Made by a program: the position numbers and the translations under genes | Shown: positions 45,801-53,431 of the stretch, one piece after another | Layout: each line of letters starts with the position of its first letter | Position numbering within the stretch: position 1 is the first letter of the stretch | The notes under the pieces: generated by a model | The model's database searches: none | Told to the model about the DNA's origin: nothing | What the model saw: only the letters and a program-made list of their open reading frames with translations | Assembly: GCA_964599655.1 (NCBI GenBank) | Contig: CAZRGV010000002.1 | Location: forward strand, 44,983-108,982 | Direction of reading: 5' to 3' | From: an uncultured Isosphaeraceae bacterium | Lineage (GTDB): Bacteria; Planctomycetota; Planctomycetia; Isosphaerales; Isosphaeraceae | Length of the DNA stretch: 64,000 nt

Positions 45801-46509
45801 GGTGCGACGCCCCAAGCGAGGTCCCGGTCGCGGCCGTCGGCGGAGGCGAAGGCTCGCCGGCCGTCTTGCGAATCCAGGTCAGCGTCAGTCCCGTCGCCAG
45901 CGCGGAGACCACGGGCGAGCCGAGGTCAAAGCTGACTTCATCGCGGCCTCGAAGCTCGCGGAGGACCTTGGCCAGAGTGTAGCCGTCGATGAACTGCATG
46001 GCGTAGAAGGGCACACCCCGCTCCGATCCGACGGCATGAACTGGGACAATGTGCGCGTGGTGCAGGCACGCCGCGGCCCGCGCCTCCAGAAGGAACCGCT
46101 GGTAGTGCCGGGGGTCGAGCGCGCCGGCCAGGGGCAGGATCTTCAACGCGACCCGGCGTCCGAGCGAGATCTGCTCGGCCTCGTACACGATCCCCATGCC
46201 GCCCCGACCCACCTCGCGGAGCAAGCGGAAATCCCCGAGCGTGCCCAGGCCGGCCGCCGGAGCCGGCTGGTCCGGCGCCCCGATCGGGTCGGGGCCGTGG
46301 CGGACCGCCTCTCCGAACGAGGCCATGCGCCGGATCGTGGGCAGGAGCCGGCGGAGTTCCTCCGCGCCTTCCGGGTGGGCCTCAGCGAGCGCGTCCAGGT
46401 CCACCGGCTCGCCCCCTTCGAGCCGCTCCGCCAGCTCGGCGACCCAGGCCGCGAGGGCGTCGCCCTCGTCGTTGACGTCAGCAGGGCCCTCGCCGCGTAC
46501 GTCACTCAT
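42883..46509 (-). CDS. Ser/Thr protein kinase with one TM helix and a large C-terminal WD40 repeat region (11 or more blades)
   Basis: Kinase motifs GRGGMGIVYEA, HRDIKPANLML, DFGLA and GTLRYMSPEQ. TM segment LVASVALFAVLAVLSLGGGLLW. Repeated ..H.D.V..LAFSPDGR.LA(S/T)...D.T(I/V)RLWD.. units. Confidence 0.9.
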   Translation of the reverse strand: MSDVRGEGPADVNDEGDALAAWVAELAERLEGGEPVDLDALAEAHPEGAEELRRLLPTIRRMASFGEAVRHGPDPIGAPDQPAPAAGLGTLGDFRLLREVGRGGMGIVYEAEQISLGRRVALKILPLAGALDPRHYQRFLLEARAAACLHHAHIVPVHAVGSERGVPFYAMQFIDGYTLAKVLRELRGRDEVSFDLGSPVVSALATGLTLTWIRKTAGEPSPPPTAATGTSLGASHRERRYIRAVAEQGRRAAEALDHAHSRGVLHRDIKPANLMLDVAGHLWVTDFGLALVQGDSHLTLTGDVVGTLRYMSPEQTMARRGLIDGRTDIYSLGATLYELLTLRPVFDGGDRSEILRKIAQDQPIPLRKVNPAVPRDLETIIHKTLAKEPSDRYATARDLADDLGRFLDARSITARPPGWLERLGRWARRNRALVASVALFAVLAVLSLGGGLLWSNNWLRAHNERLRKEHDRAGGLSRELESQRDLAEQRRLIADHHLYAFRLRQAGEALVSRRFEKAQEILLDCQPGPDEDDLRGFAWHHLWRESRRAVEVLSGRDELVRSLALSADGRLVATGDRDGTIRIRDTATGAIRRRFRGPRLSVSALAFSTDGRRIASGASHEFVASRADVGEVRVWEVESGRTLARVDGFETRDVWNLRFDPSGDYLWVQSLPPDGRLDIGLWKLEGGPGALHPRLIRRWRSGENFSVSADGRRVAGFEDVGCDVVVEEPLSGRPLCRLTPMDPGCHGLGFSPDGRLLATARVKPGGPLRLDVWEVETGRRLLERGDLPSGWSITEFEFSPDGRSLLAQGFEGTMRLYDLDTGTSWANQVDPGDESNSFGNSVLLSGGLRLAWSYRNDHTGSHPLRVYERAGGALRATFPGRLEPVSHLFGLPDGGSIVFLSGGRAVLWHFEPAPESQPAGHADEAWAIAFSGDGRLLASGADDDDPQTLKLWDAATGRFLRGWKAHDATTGAVAFQPGGRVLATACLLPEHNLRLWDAATGELLAALDGHTDKVRTVAFRPDGRLLASAGSDRTIRLWDVAARRCLRILAGHSDAIRQLAFSPDGRILASAGNDATVRLWDVDTGRALWTWEGDVKISAVAFAPDGHTLAWAHEDGVLQRWDLARRRLLAPLHSEYDELRCLTFSPDGRTLAAAGKSGTLHLWDPIVGQELLPLEGRPCQANALAFSPDGSALSACWHDGTVRIVRSR

Positions 46510-47138
46510 GCCTCGGAACCCTCATTCGACGCGTCGAGGAGAAGGTTGATCCGCTGCAAGGCGCGGAAGTGCCGGACGCGCGCCGCGCTCTCGCTGATCG
46601 CGAGGATGACGCCGATCTCGGCGAACGCGAGCTGATCCAGGTAGCGCATCACCAGGATCTCGCGGTCCTGGTCGGACAGCAGGCCAAGCGCCCGCCACAT
46701 CGCCTGACGCTCTTCTTCCCGGATCAGGTGCTTGCTCGGGCTGGTCCCACTGGCCGTTAGCCGTTCCACGAGCCGGAACGCCGTGGGATCGGCCTGGGGC
46801 GGGCCGCTGGCCTGCTCCCGGCCTGCCTCTCGTCGCAACGTGCGCAGGTGGAACCGATGGGCCTGCGCCAGTCGCTCGGAGGCGAGACGATGCAGCCAGG
46901 GGTAGAACGGCAGGGCCGGCGCCTGGACGTAGTCGGCGAACCTCCGGGCGGCGTCGATCAGCGTCTCCTGAACCACGTCCGAGGCATCGAGCCGCGACGC
47001 GAGCCGTCCGTCGAGCCGGACGGTGATCATCCGCCGGAGTCGGTCGCGATGGCGCTCCAGCAGCCAGTGGAGGGCCTGCTCGTCGCCCTCGGCCGCTCGC
47101 CGCAGCCGGACCTCGGTCTCGGGATCGTCACCCAGCAT
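46506..47138 (-). CDS. ECF-type sigma-70 family RNA polymerase sigma factor
   Basis: Region 2 SDVVQETLIDAARRF and region 4 REILVMRYLDQLAFAEIGVILAISESAARVRHFRALQRI. Its stop overlaps the kinase start (ATGA at 46506-46509). Confidence 0.85.
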   Translation of the reverse strand: MLGDDPETEVRLRRAAEGDEQALHWLLERHRDRLRRMITVRLDGRLASRLDASDVVQETLIDAARRFADYVQAPALPFYPWLHRLASERLAQAHRFHLRTLRREAGREQASGPPQADPTAFRLVERLTASGTSPSKHLIREEERQAMWRALGLLSDQDREILVMRYLDQLAFAEIGVILAISESAARVRHFRALQRINLLLDASNEGSEA

Positions 47139-47467
47139 CGTCGCGGACCCTCCCGGAGAGATCCTGCATCCCGGCCCTTGATGTTACAGGCCGCCGCCCG
47201 TTTCTTCACGGGGCGTACCTTCGGATTTCGAAACTGGCATCCATCGTTGTCAAATTTGGAAATGAGATGTAACGCCGGGGATTGCCTCGCAGGATTCCCC
47301 CTGGCGACAGGCGATCCACGAGTCTCGCGACGGAGCGGGTACGACCCGCGGGATACCACCAACGCAGCCGGCTCCTCCACTCGCTCGCTCGCCAACAAAC
47401 GTTGTCACGAACTCGATCCGACGACTTCCGGCGGGGGTCGGCTCCTGGGTTCGGTTCCTACTTCCCC

Positions 47468-49453
47468 ATGAGGATTGCTTTCATGTTCCGCCACATCGCT
47501 CAGAGGATCGGTTCTGATCTCCGTCACTACATCCACCTTGGCCGTCGAAGGACCCGCCGGCTCGGCCCCCGCCGTCATGCCCGAATCGTCGGAGCCATCG
47601 TCCCGCTGGAAGAGAGGACCTTGCTCTCAGCGATGCAGTTCTCCGCGCCCGTCGATGTCCTGGGCGTGGAGAGCGGCCTGGCCCCGTCGTCCGCGGTCGT
47701 GACGGGGGACTTCAACAACGACGCCAGGACCGACCTCGTCGTGACGTCGGGGATCGTGGGGAAGATCGAAGGCGGGCCCTCGTCGATCCTGTCGAACGAA
47801 GGCGGCGGCGTGTTCTCCTCCCCCGCGGGTGTGCCCGTGCCGGCGGACCGATCCACGTTCGGGCTCGCGGCTGCCGACCTCGACTCGGACGGTGACACCG
47901 ACCTCGCGATCAGCTGGCGAAGTACGCTCATCAAAGGTGTCAGCGGTGTCTCCGTCCTCCTGAACGATGGCACGGGGGGCTTCTCCGCCCCCCTCGATGT
48001 GTTCAGCGACGCCAACAACTTGTTCCTGAACCACGTGGTGGCGGCGGACTTCGACGGCGACTCCCGGATCGACCTGGCGGTGGAGTCACTACCGTCCTCT
48101 GGCGGGGCGGTCTCGTTGCTGGTGATGTCGAACCGGGGCGGCGGCGCATTCTCGCCCCCCGTGGAACTGCCCACGACGAGCGACGGACTCGCCGGGCTGG
48201 CGGCGGCCGACCTGAACGGCGACGGCCACACCGACCTCGCCTTCGCGGGATGGTTCTTGGACGGCTCCAGCGGCATCGCCACGCTTCTCAACGACGGTAC
48301 CGGCGGCTTCTCCGCCCCCGTCCGCGTGTTCGACGCCCCGGCCGCCCTCAACCTCTACGGGCTGGCGGCGGCCGACCTGAACGGCGACGGCCGGTCGGAC
48401 CTCGCCCTGGAGACGGGCATGGGCGGGAAGTTCCCCTCCACGACCGTCTCGGTCCTGGTGAACCAGGGCGGCGGCGCCTTCTCCGCCCCCTCGGATGTGA
48501 TTTCGCTGTCGGACAGGGAACCTGGCGGGCTCGCCGCAGCGGATCTCGACGGCGACGGCCTGGCCGACCTCGCCTTCGGCTGGCGCGATATCCCGCTCCG
48601 CGCGGGCGGCGTGTCGGTGGCGTACCAGGTCGGGCCCGGCACCACCCCGACCGGGCAGGACGTCAGCGTCCAGCCGGTGGACCCCGTCACCGGGACGAGC
48701 CCGGTGGCCATCACCTTCTCCACCGTCACCGCGGGCGGCACGACCACCGTGACCACCAGCAGCCAGGGCCCGCCCCCGCCCGAAGGCTTCAAGCTCAGCA
48801 GCAGCCCGCCCACCTACTACGACCTGGCCACCACGGCGACCTTCTCGGGTACGGCCACGGTGGCCATCAGCTACGCCGGGCTCAACGTCCACAACGAGTC
48901 GGGCCTGCGGCTGTTCCACTACGAGAACGGAGTCTGGGTGGACCGGACGTCGTCCGTGGACACGGCCAACGACATCATCTACGCCACCGTGACCTCGTTC
49001 TCGCCCTTCGCCCTCTTCGAGGCGATCCGCCAGGTACAAATCGACGTGAAGCCGGACGCGGTCAACCTCGCCAGCAACGGCAAGATCGCCGTGACGATCT
49101 TCACCACGTCGGACTTCGACGCCGCCCAGGTGGACGTGAGCACGGTCGTCTTCGCCGGCGCCCATGCGGTCTCCAGCAGCCTGCAGGACGTGGACGGTGA
49201 CGGCGACCTCGACCGGGTGCTGCTGTTCAACACCCAGGACACCGACCTGAAGGCGATCTACCAGGAACTGCTGGCCGACGACGCCGACGCCGACGGCGTC
49301 CTCGACTCCACCCGCCAGGTGGCCCAGGTGCGCCTAACGGGCGAAACGCTCGCCGACGAGTCCTTCGAGGGCTACGACAGCGTGACCCTGTTCCTCTCCG
49401 GCAAGTCGCTGCGCGACCTGCTCGACCAGATGCACCGAGACGGTCTGCTCTGA
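47468..49453 (+). CDS. FG-GAP/VCBS-repeat (integrin-alpha-like beta-propeller) secreted protein
   Basis: Repeated A(A/G)D(L/F)(D/N)(S/G)DG.(T/S/I)DLA Ca-binding loops, at least 6 of them, and a C-terminal DVDGDGDLD segment. Start set at ATG 47468. N-terminal Arg-rich stretch plus LEERTLLS. Confidence 0.8.
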   Translation: MRIAFMFRHIAQRIGSDLRHYIHLGRRRTRRLGPRRHARIVGAIVPLEERTLLSAMQFSAPVDVLGVESGLAPSSAVVTGDFNNDARTDLVVTSGIVGKIEGGPSSILSNEGGGVFSSPAGVPVPADRSTFGLAAADLDSDGDTDLAISWRSTLIKGVSGVSVLLNDGTGGFSAPLDVFSDANNLFLNHVVAADFDGDSRIDLAVESLPSSGGAVSLLVMSNRGGGAFSPPVELPTTSDGLAGLAAADLNGDGHTDLAFAGWFLDGSSGIATLLNDGTGGFSAPVRVFDAPAALNLYGLAAADLNGDGRSDLALETGMGGKFPSTTVSVLVNQGGGAFSAPSDVISLSDREPGGLAAADLDGDGLADLAFGWRDIPLRAGGVSVAYQVGPGTTPTGQDVSVQPVDPVTGTSPVAITFSTVTAGGTTTVTTSSQGPPPPEGFKLSSSPPTYYDLATTATFSGTATVAISYAGLNVHNESGLRLFHYENGVWVDRTSSVDTANDIIYATVTSFSPFALFEAIRQVQIDVKPDAVNLASNGKIAVTIFTTSDFDAAQVDVSTVVFAGAHAVSSSLQDVDGDGDLDRVLLFNTQDTDLKAIYQELLADDADADGVLDSTRQVAQVRLTGETLADESFEGYDSVTLFLSGKSLRDLLDQMHRDGLL

Positions 49454-49602
49454 CCGTCGCTCCAACGTACGCCACGGCCAGCGACACTCGAAGTCTCGCG
49501 AACCAAGCTGGTGCGGGCCCAACGCCGTGCCCCCTCCACCCGTCTGATCCTCGACCGCAACCGTTGCACCCCCCTCCGACTTGAGAATTTGAGGACAAGC
49601 CA

Positions 49603-50079
49603 ATGCGAATATACCCCTCCCGAATCTTCCTACTGGCTCTGGCTTCCTTGGCCATCCCATCCTCGACGTCCCTGGCCGATCATCCGGCGACGTTCAAGGG
49701 CCGATTCGATTTCACGACCATCGACGTACAGCCCGTTTCCGCAACCGAGCTGCTTGTTCGGGGCTTCCTGGCCGGCAACGAGACGCTCCTCGGCCGGTTC
49801 ACCGGCGAGGTCGAGTACCTCGTGGACCTCAACACTGGGATGTTCGCGGGCACGCTCACGAAGCGAGCGGCCAACGGCGACCTGCTCGACCAGACCCTCC
49901 TCGGCAGCTTCACCAAGACCGGCACCGGCAGCGTGGGCGAGTTCACTGTCATCGGCGGCACGGGCCGATTCCAGAACGCGACCGGCGGCGGAACCTTCGA
50001 GGGCGTCTGGACGAACCCCTCGTTGACCACGGCCCACATCACGTTCGACGGCGAACTCTCCTTCGCCAAGGGCAGGTAA
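49603..50079 (+). CDS. Small secreted beta-rich protein (dirigent/allene-oxide-cyclase-like pattern), hypothetical
   Basis: Signal peptide MRIYPSRIFLLALASLAIPSSTSLA and a IGGTGRFQNATGGGTFEG motif. GAGGA lies upstream of the ATG. Paralogous pattern with 51911-52435. Confidence 0.6.
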   Translation: MRIYPSRIFLLALASLAIPSSTSLADHPATFKGRFDFTTIDVQPVSATELLVRGFLAGNETLLGRFTGEVEYLVDLNTGMFAGTLTKRAANGDLLDQTLLGSFTKTGTGSVGEFTVIGGTGRFQNATGGGTFEGVWTNPSLTTAHITFDGELSFAKGR

Positions 50080-50149
50080 TCGCCCGGGCCTCGGCTCGCA
50101 CCTCGCGGGACCCAGGGATCTCAACCTCTCTTCCAAAGAGCCCTTCACC

Positions 50150-51772
50150 ATGCCATTCCGCCACCTTCTCCGACGACGGCACCGGAAACCGGGCCTCGGG
50201 AGCCGCGTTCGCGACGAACATCAGCGGCGATCCTCCGTCGCCCGACGATCCGTCGCGCTCGGCCCCGAGGCCCTCGAAGACCGCAGGCTCCTCAGCACCT
50301 TGACGGTGCGGAACGGCCTCGACAGCGGGCCCGGTTCGCTCCGGCAAGCCGTTCTCGATGCCAATGGCGCCCTCGGCACGGACACCATCGTCTTATCTAT
50401 GACTGTTCATAAGATCATATTTACCAGCGGCGAGCTGACGATCACCGACGACCTGAGCATCCGGGGTCCGGGCGCGAACCGGCTGACGATCAGCGGCAGC
50501 GACGCCAGCCGCGTCCTCGACATCCAGGCGGGCGCCGACGTGACCGTCTCCGGCCTGACGATCACCGAAGGGCGGGCCGACGGCAACTCCCCGGCTTACC
50601 CCAGCACGGGCGGCGGCATCCTGAACCAGGGCCGCCTGGCGCTCGAGGACGTCGCGGTGGTCGGGAACCGGGCGGTCGGCGACCCCGCCGCGATCGTCGC
50701 GGTCAATGCCGTCTTCAACATCGCCGGGGGCGCCGTCGGCGGCGGCCTCGCCAACTTCGGCACGCTGACCGTCACCGGCTCCACCTTCGCCGACAACCAG
50801 GCGCGAGGCGCCGACGATACCGACGCCTCGTCCCTGCCGTTCTTCGCGTTCCCCGGCAACGCCCTCGGCGGCAGCCTCGCCAACTTCGGCGTGGCGAGCA
50901 TCGACAACAGTCAATTCGTCGGCAATCGCGCCCTGGCCGGCAGCCGTGGAATCGGCGCCTTCGCGGCCATCGGCGGCGGCGGAGCCATCTTGAACGACGC
51001 CACCCTGACCGTCGACGCCAGCGCGTTCCGAGAAAACGTGGCCGTCGGCGGCGACGACAGCGTTAGCCCGTCGCACAACGGGCACGCCCTCGGCGGCGCC
51101 ATCATGAGCGGCTCCCTGACGGCCCTCCTCGGCGCCGCCGGGGCGGACCTGACCGTCAGCCGGAGCGACTTCCGCCACAACCAGGCCCTCGGCGGCAACG
51201 ATAACCGGGTCACGGACCCCGTGGTTCCCCCGTCCGACGCCCCCGACAACGGCTACGGCGGTGGCATCCTGGTTTACCAGGGATCGGCCGCGATCCAGAC
51301 GAGCACACTGACGCAGAACAGAGCTGTTGGCGGCGCGGGGGGTGGCGTGAACGGCAAGGGCAGCTTCGGCGTCGGCGGCGGTATCTTCTTCTACAACTTC
51401 GTGGGTGGAGTGACGGCCACGGTCGAGGCGAGCACGATCACCAACAACTCCGCCCTCGGCGGCGCGGGGCGCGACGGCATCGCGGGCGGCGACGGGCTGG
51501 GCGGCGGCATCGCGATCGGCGGCCTCGGCTCCCCCTTCTCGGGGCCGGGTTCGGTCGCCATCAGCGACACCACCATCGCCTGGAATCTCGCGCGGGGCGG
51601 AGACGGTGGCCAGCGGGCCGACGGCGGAGACGGACTGGGCGGAGGGCTGTTCAACGACGGCAGCTCGACGCTGACCCTCACGGTCACGACGATCATCCGG
51701 AACCGTGCCCGGGGAGGTCACGGCCGGGCCGGCGGCCGGGCCGGTCAGGGCCTCGGCGACAATGTCTTTTGA
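50150..51772 (+). CDS. Right-handed parallel beta-helix repeat protein with CSLREA-like N-terminal motif
   Basis: GSLRQAVLDAN..DTIV..SGELTITDDLSIRGPGANRLTISG, followed by many G-rich GG.(I/L).N.G.L repeats. N-terminal Arg-rich stretch plus LEDRRLLS. Confidence 0.7.
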   Translation: MPFRHLLRRRHRKPGLGSRVRDEHQRRSSVARRSVALGPEALEDRRLLSTLTVRNGLDSGPGSLRQAVLDANGALGTDTIVLSMTVHKIIFTSGELTITDDLSIRGPGANRLTISGSDASRVLDIQAGADVTVSGLTITEGRADGNSPAYPSTGGGILNQGRLALEDVAVVGNRAVGDPAAIVAVNAVFNIAGGAVGGGLANFGTLTVTGSTFADNQARGADDTDASSLPFFAFPGNALGGSLANFGVASIDNSQFVGNRALAGSRGIGAFAAIGGGGAILNDATLTVDASAFRENVAVGGDDSVSPSHNGHALGGAIMSGSLTALLGAAGADLTVSRSDFRHNQALGGNDNRVTDPVVPPSDAPDNGYGGGILVYQGSAAIQTSTLTQNRAVGGAGGGVNGKGSFGVGGGIFFYNFVGGVTATVEASTITNNSALGGAGRDGIAGGDGLGGGIAIGGLGSPFSGPGSVAISDTTIAWNLARGGDGGQRADGGDGLGGGLFNDGSSTLTLTVTTIIRNRARGGHGRAGGRAGQGLGDNVF

Positions 51773-51910
51773 GCGAAAGGCCCGGTGGCCCTGTCCGAAC
51801 CTCGGTGTCGTTGAGGTAGTCCCGGAACGGACCCGCGGATCATCGGTTCCGTTCCGTCTCGAGTCCGAATCACCTTCCGTCCGCCCTCATTCCCAACACT
51901 CGGAGGTCCC

Positions 51911-52435
51911 ATGAAGAGTCGTACAATCTCCACACTTATCCTCTGCGTCATCGCCGCAGCCCTGGCACCGGGCCGGGCGCACGCTCAGGTCGAGCCCTTC
52001 AAGGTCAGCGGCAGCGGGATCGTGGATTTCATCCCGCTGGCCGAGGGCCTCTCGGCACCGCATGACGCCGACGGCACAGCCACCCACCTCGGTCGCTACC
52101 ACGCCGAAGGGCTGGTCCGGCTCGACCACTTCACCGGCCCGACGACCGCAGAATTCTCCAGCGCCGTGCCGGTGGTCTTCACCGCCCCGAACGGGGACGA
52201 ACTGCATTTCGATTACGCCGGAACCGTCGAGCTTATCCCGCTGGCCGGGGGCCTATCCATGACGGTCTGGGGCGCCGAGTTCACGCCGGCCACCGGCAGC
52301 ACCGGGCGGTTCGCGAAGGTCGTCGGCGGCAGCTTCATCATGACGGCCGTCACGGCCCCGTTCGCGCTGGGCGACACCGACATCGCCTACGCGTGGGAGG
52401 GGAGCGGGACGCTGGAGTTCCGCCGGGGGAACTGA
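51911..52435 (+). CDS. Small secreted beta-rich protein, paralog-like of 49603-50079, hypothetical
   Basis: Signal peptide MKSRTISTLILCVIAAALAPGRAHA, with THLGRY.., APNGDEL and GSTGRFAKVVGG motifs. GGAGG lies 5 nt upstream of the ATG. Confidence 0.6.
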   Translation: MKSRTISTLILCVIAAALAPGRAHAQVEPFKVSGSGIVDFIPLAEGLSAPHDADGTATHLGRYHAEGLVRLDHFTGPTTAEFSSAVPVVFTAPNGDELHFDYAGTVELIPLAGGLSMTVWGAEFTPATGSTGRFAKVVGGSFIMTAVTAPFALGDTDIAYAWEGSGTLEFRRGN

Positions 52436-52624
52436 GCCGCCAGCGGCCGGGGAAGGGTCCTCCTATCCCGGTCCCGCTCCGAAGCGTACCGTTCGCTCAA
52501 GGGAAATCGGGGGCGCGCCATTTGGGCTGGAAGGTACACCGCGAAACCCACGCTCACCGCCGAGCGTTGGTTTTTGTCCGTTTGCCATCCCGACCCCGAA
52601 TCGAAGGCGAATCAGGCCCGTGGG

Positions 52625-52834
52625 CTAGCTCTCGACCCCCGCCAGGACGGCCGACTCGAACAGCCGAACCTCATGCTCCAGCCGGAAGGCCCGACCGCCG
52701 TCGGGCTTTTCGATCAGGACGATCGTCGGTTGCCGCTTCTCAACGATCAGGTCGACCACCGTGCCCCTGGCATGCTGGCCGGTGTTGGTTGTGAATCCGA
52801 CCTGGTCGCCGACCGAAATCCGTTTCGCGCTCAT
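52625..52834 (-). CDS. Small hypothetical protein (69 aa), SH3/Tudor-like beta pattern
   Basis: Internal ATG 52834 is preceded by a strong AAGGAGG Shine-Dalgarno. Product MSAKRISVGDQVGFTTNTGQHARGTVVDLIV... The longer 107-aa ORF start is unsupported. Confidence 0.45.
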   Translation of the reverse strand: MSAKRISVGDQVGFTTNTGQHARGTVVDLIVEKRQPTIVLIEKPDGGRAFRLEHEVRLFESAVLAGVES

Positions 52835-53431
52835 GTCCGCCTCCTTGGGTTGTCGACGATCTCTTGAGCGGTCTGGGCCGGCCCGGAACGGTGGGTTGCG
52901 CGTCCTCGCCATCGGAAGGGCGGCCCTTGCCTTGGCCTTGGATGCCATGTTCGATTTTGCCGTTTCGCTGGGAACCTGTCAGGACCGAATTTCCAAGATT
53001 TCCTCAAGTCGACCGAAGTCTTTTCCTAGACAAGGTTTCGGCGCAACTTCTCGTTGTGTCTGGCCCGGCGGGCGGGCGCTCGTCGGCCCCTTCACGCGCT
53101 CGACGCGGAGCCGTCAGCGAACCGGATCCGCCGGATGGCTCTCTCGGAAAACGTGATCGCTTGAATGAGCGTACTTCCCCATCGGAGGCGCCTCGAGCCG
53201 AGGTTCGTCCCCGCCGGTCGTCACAGATCCCACCTGTTCCGTAAAAGAAACAAAGGGCCCCGACACGGCACGTGACCCCAAGATCGTGTCCGGCCAACGT
53301 TTTGTTCGATCCGGGCCGCCCAGCGAGTTTGATCCGGGTCTGAGCCTGTGGGACAATGGCCGCCGCTCGTCGCGGATGGATCGATTCGACTGGCGAGGGC
53401 GAGCCGTCGGACAGGCATCGCGGAGGATTTC

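Noticed and set aside
42883-46509. The WD40 kinase as a PpkA-like post-translational regulator of the neighbouring T6SS
   Set aside because: No FHA-domain protein, PppA phosphatase or vWA domain is present. The kinase is instead translationally coupled to an ECF sigma factor, so the sigma-factor pairing is the better-supported role.
20478-52435. Search for PEP-CTERM-type exosortase substrates among all secreted proteins in the window
   Set aside because: None of the C-termini (giant protein, FG-GAP, beta-helix, two small secreted proteins, orf382) shows PEP or a variant motif followed by a TM helix and a basic tail. Alternative frames at the giant gene 3' end were also checked without success.
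52835-53431. Sigma54 promoter (TGGCAC-N5-TTGC) upstream of vgrG
   Set aside because: Only partial GGCAC-like strings (e.g. cggcacgtgacccc) occur, without a correctly spaced TTGC. There is not enough support.
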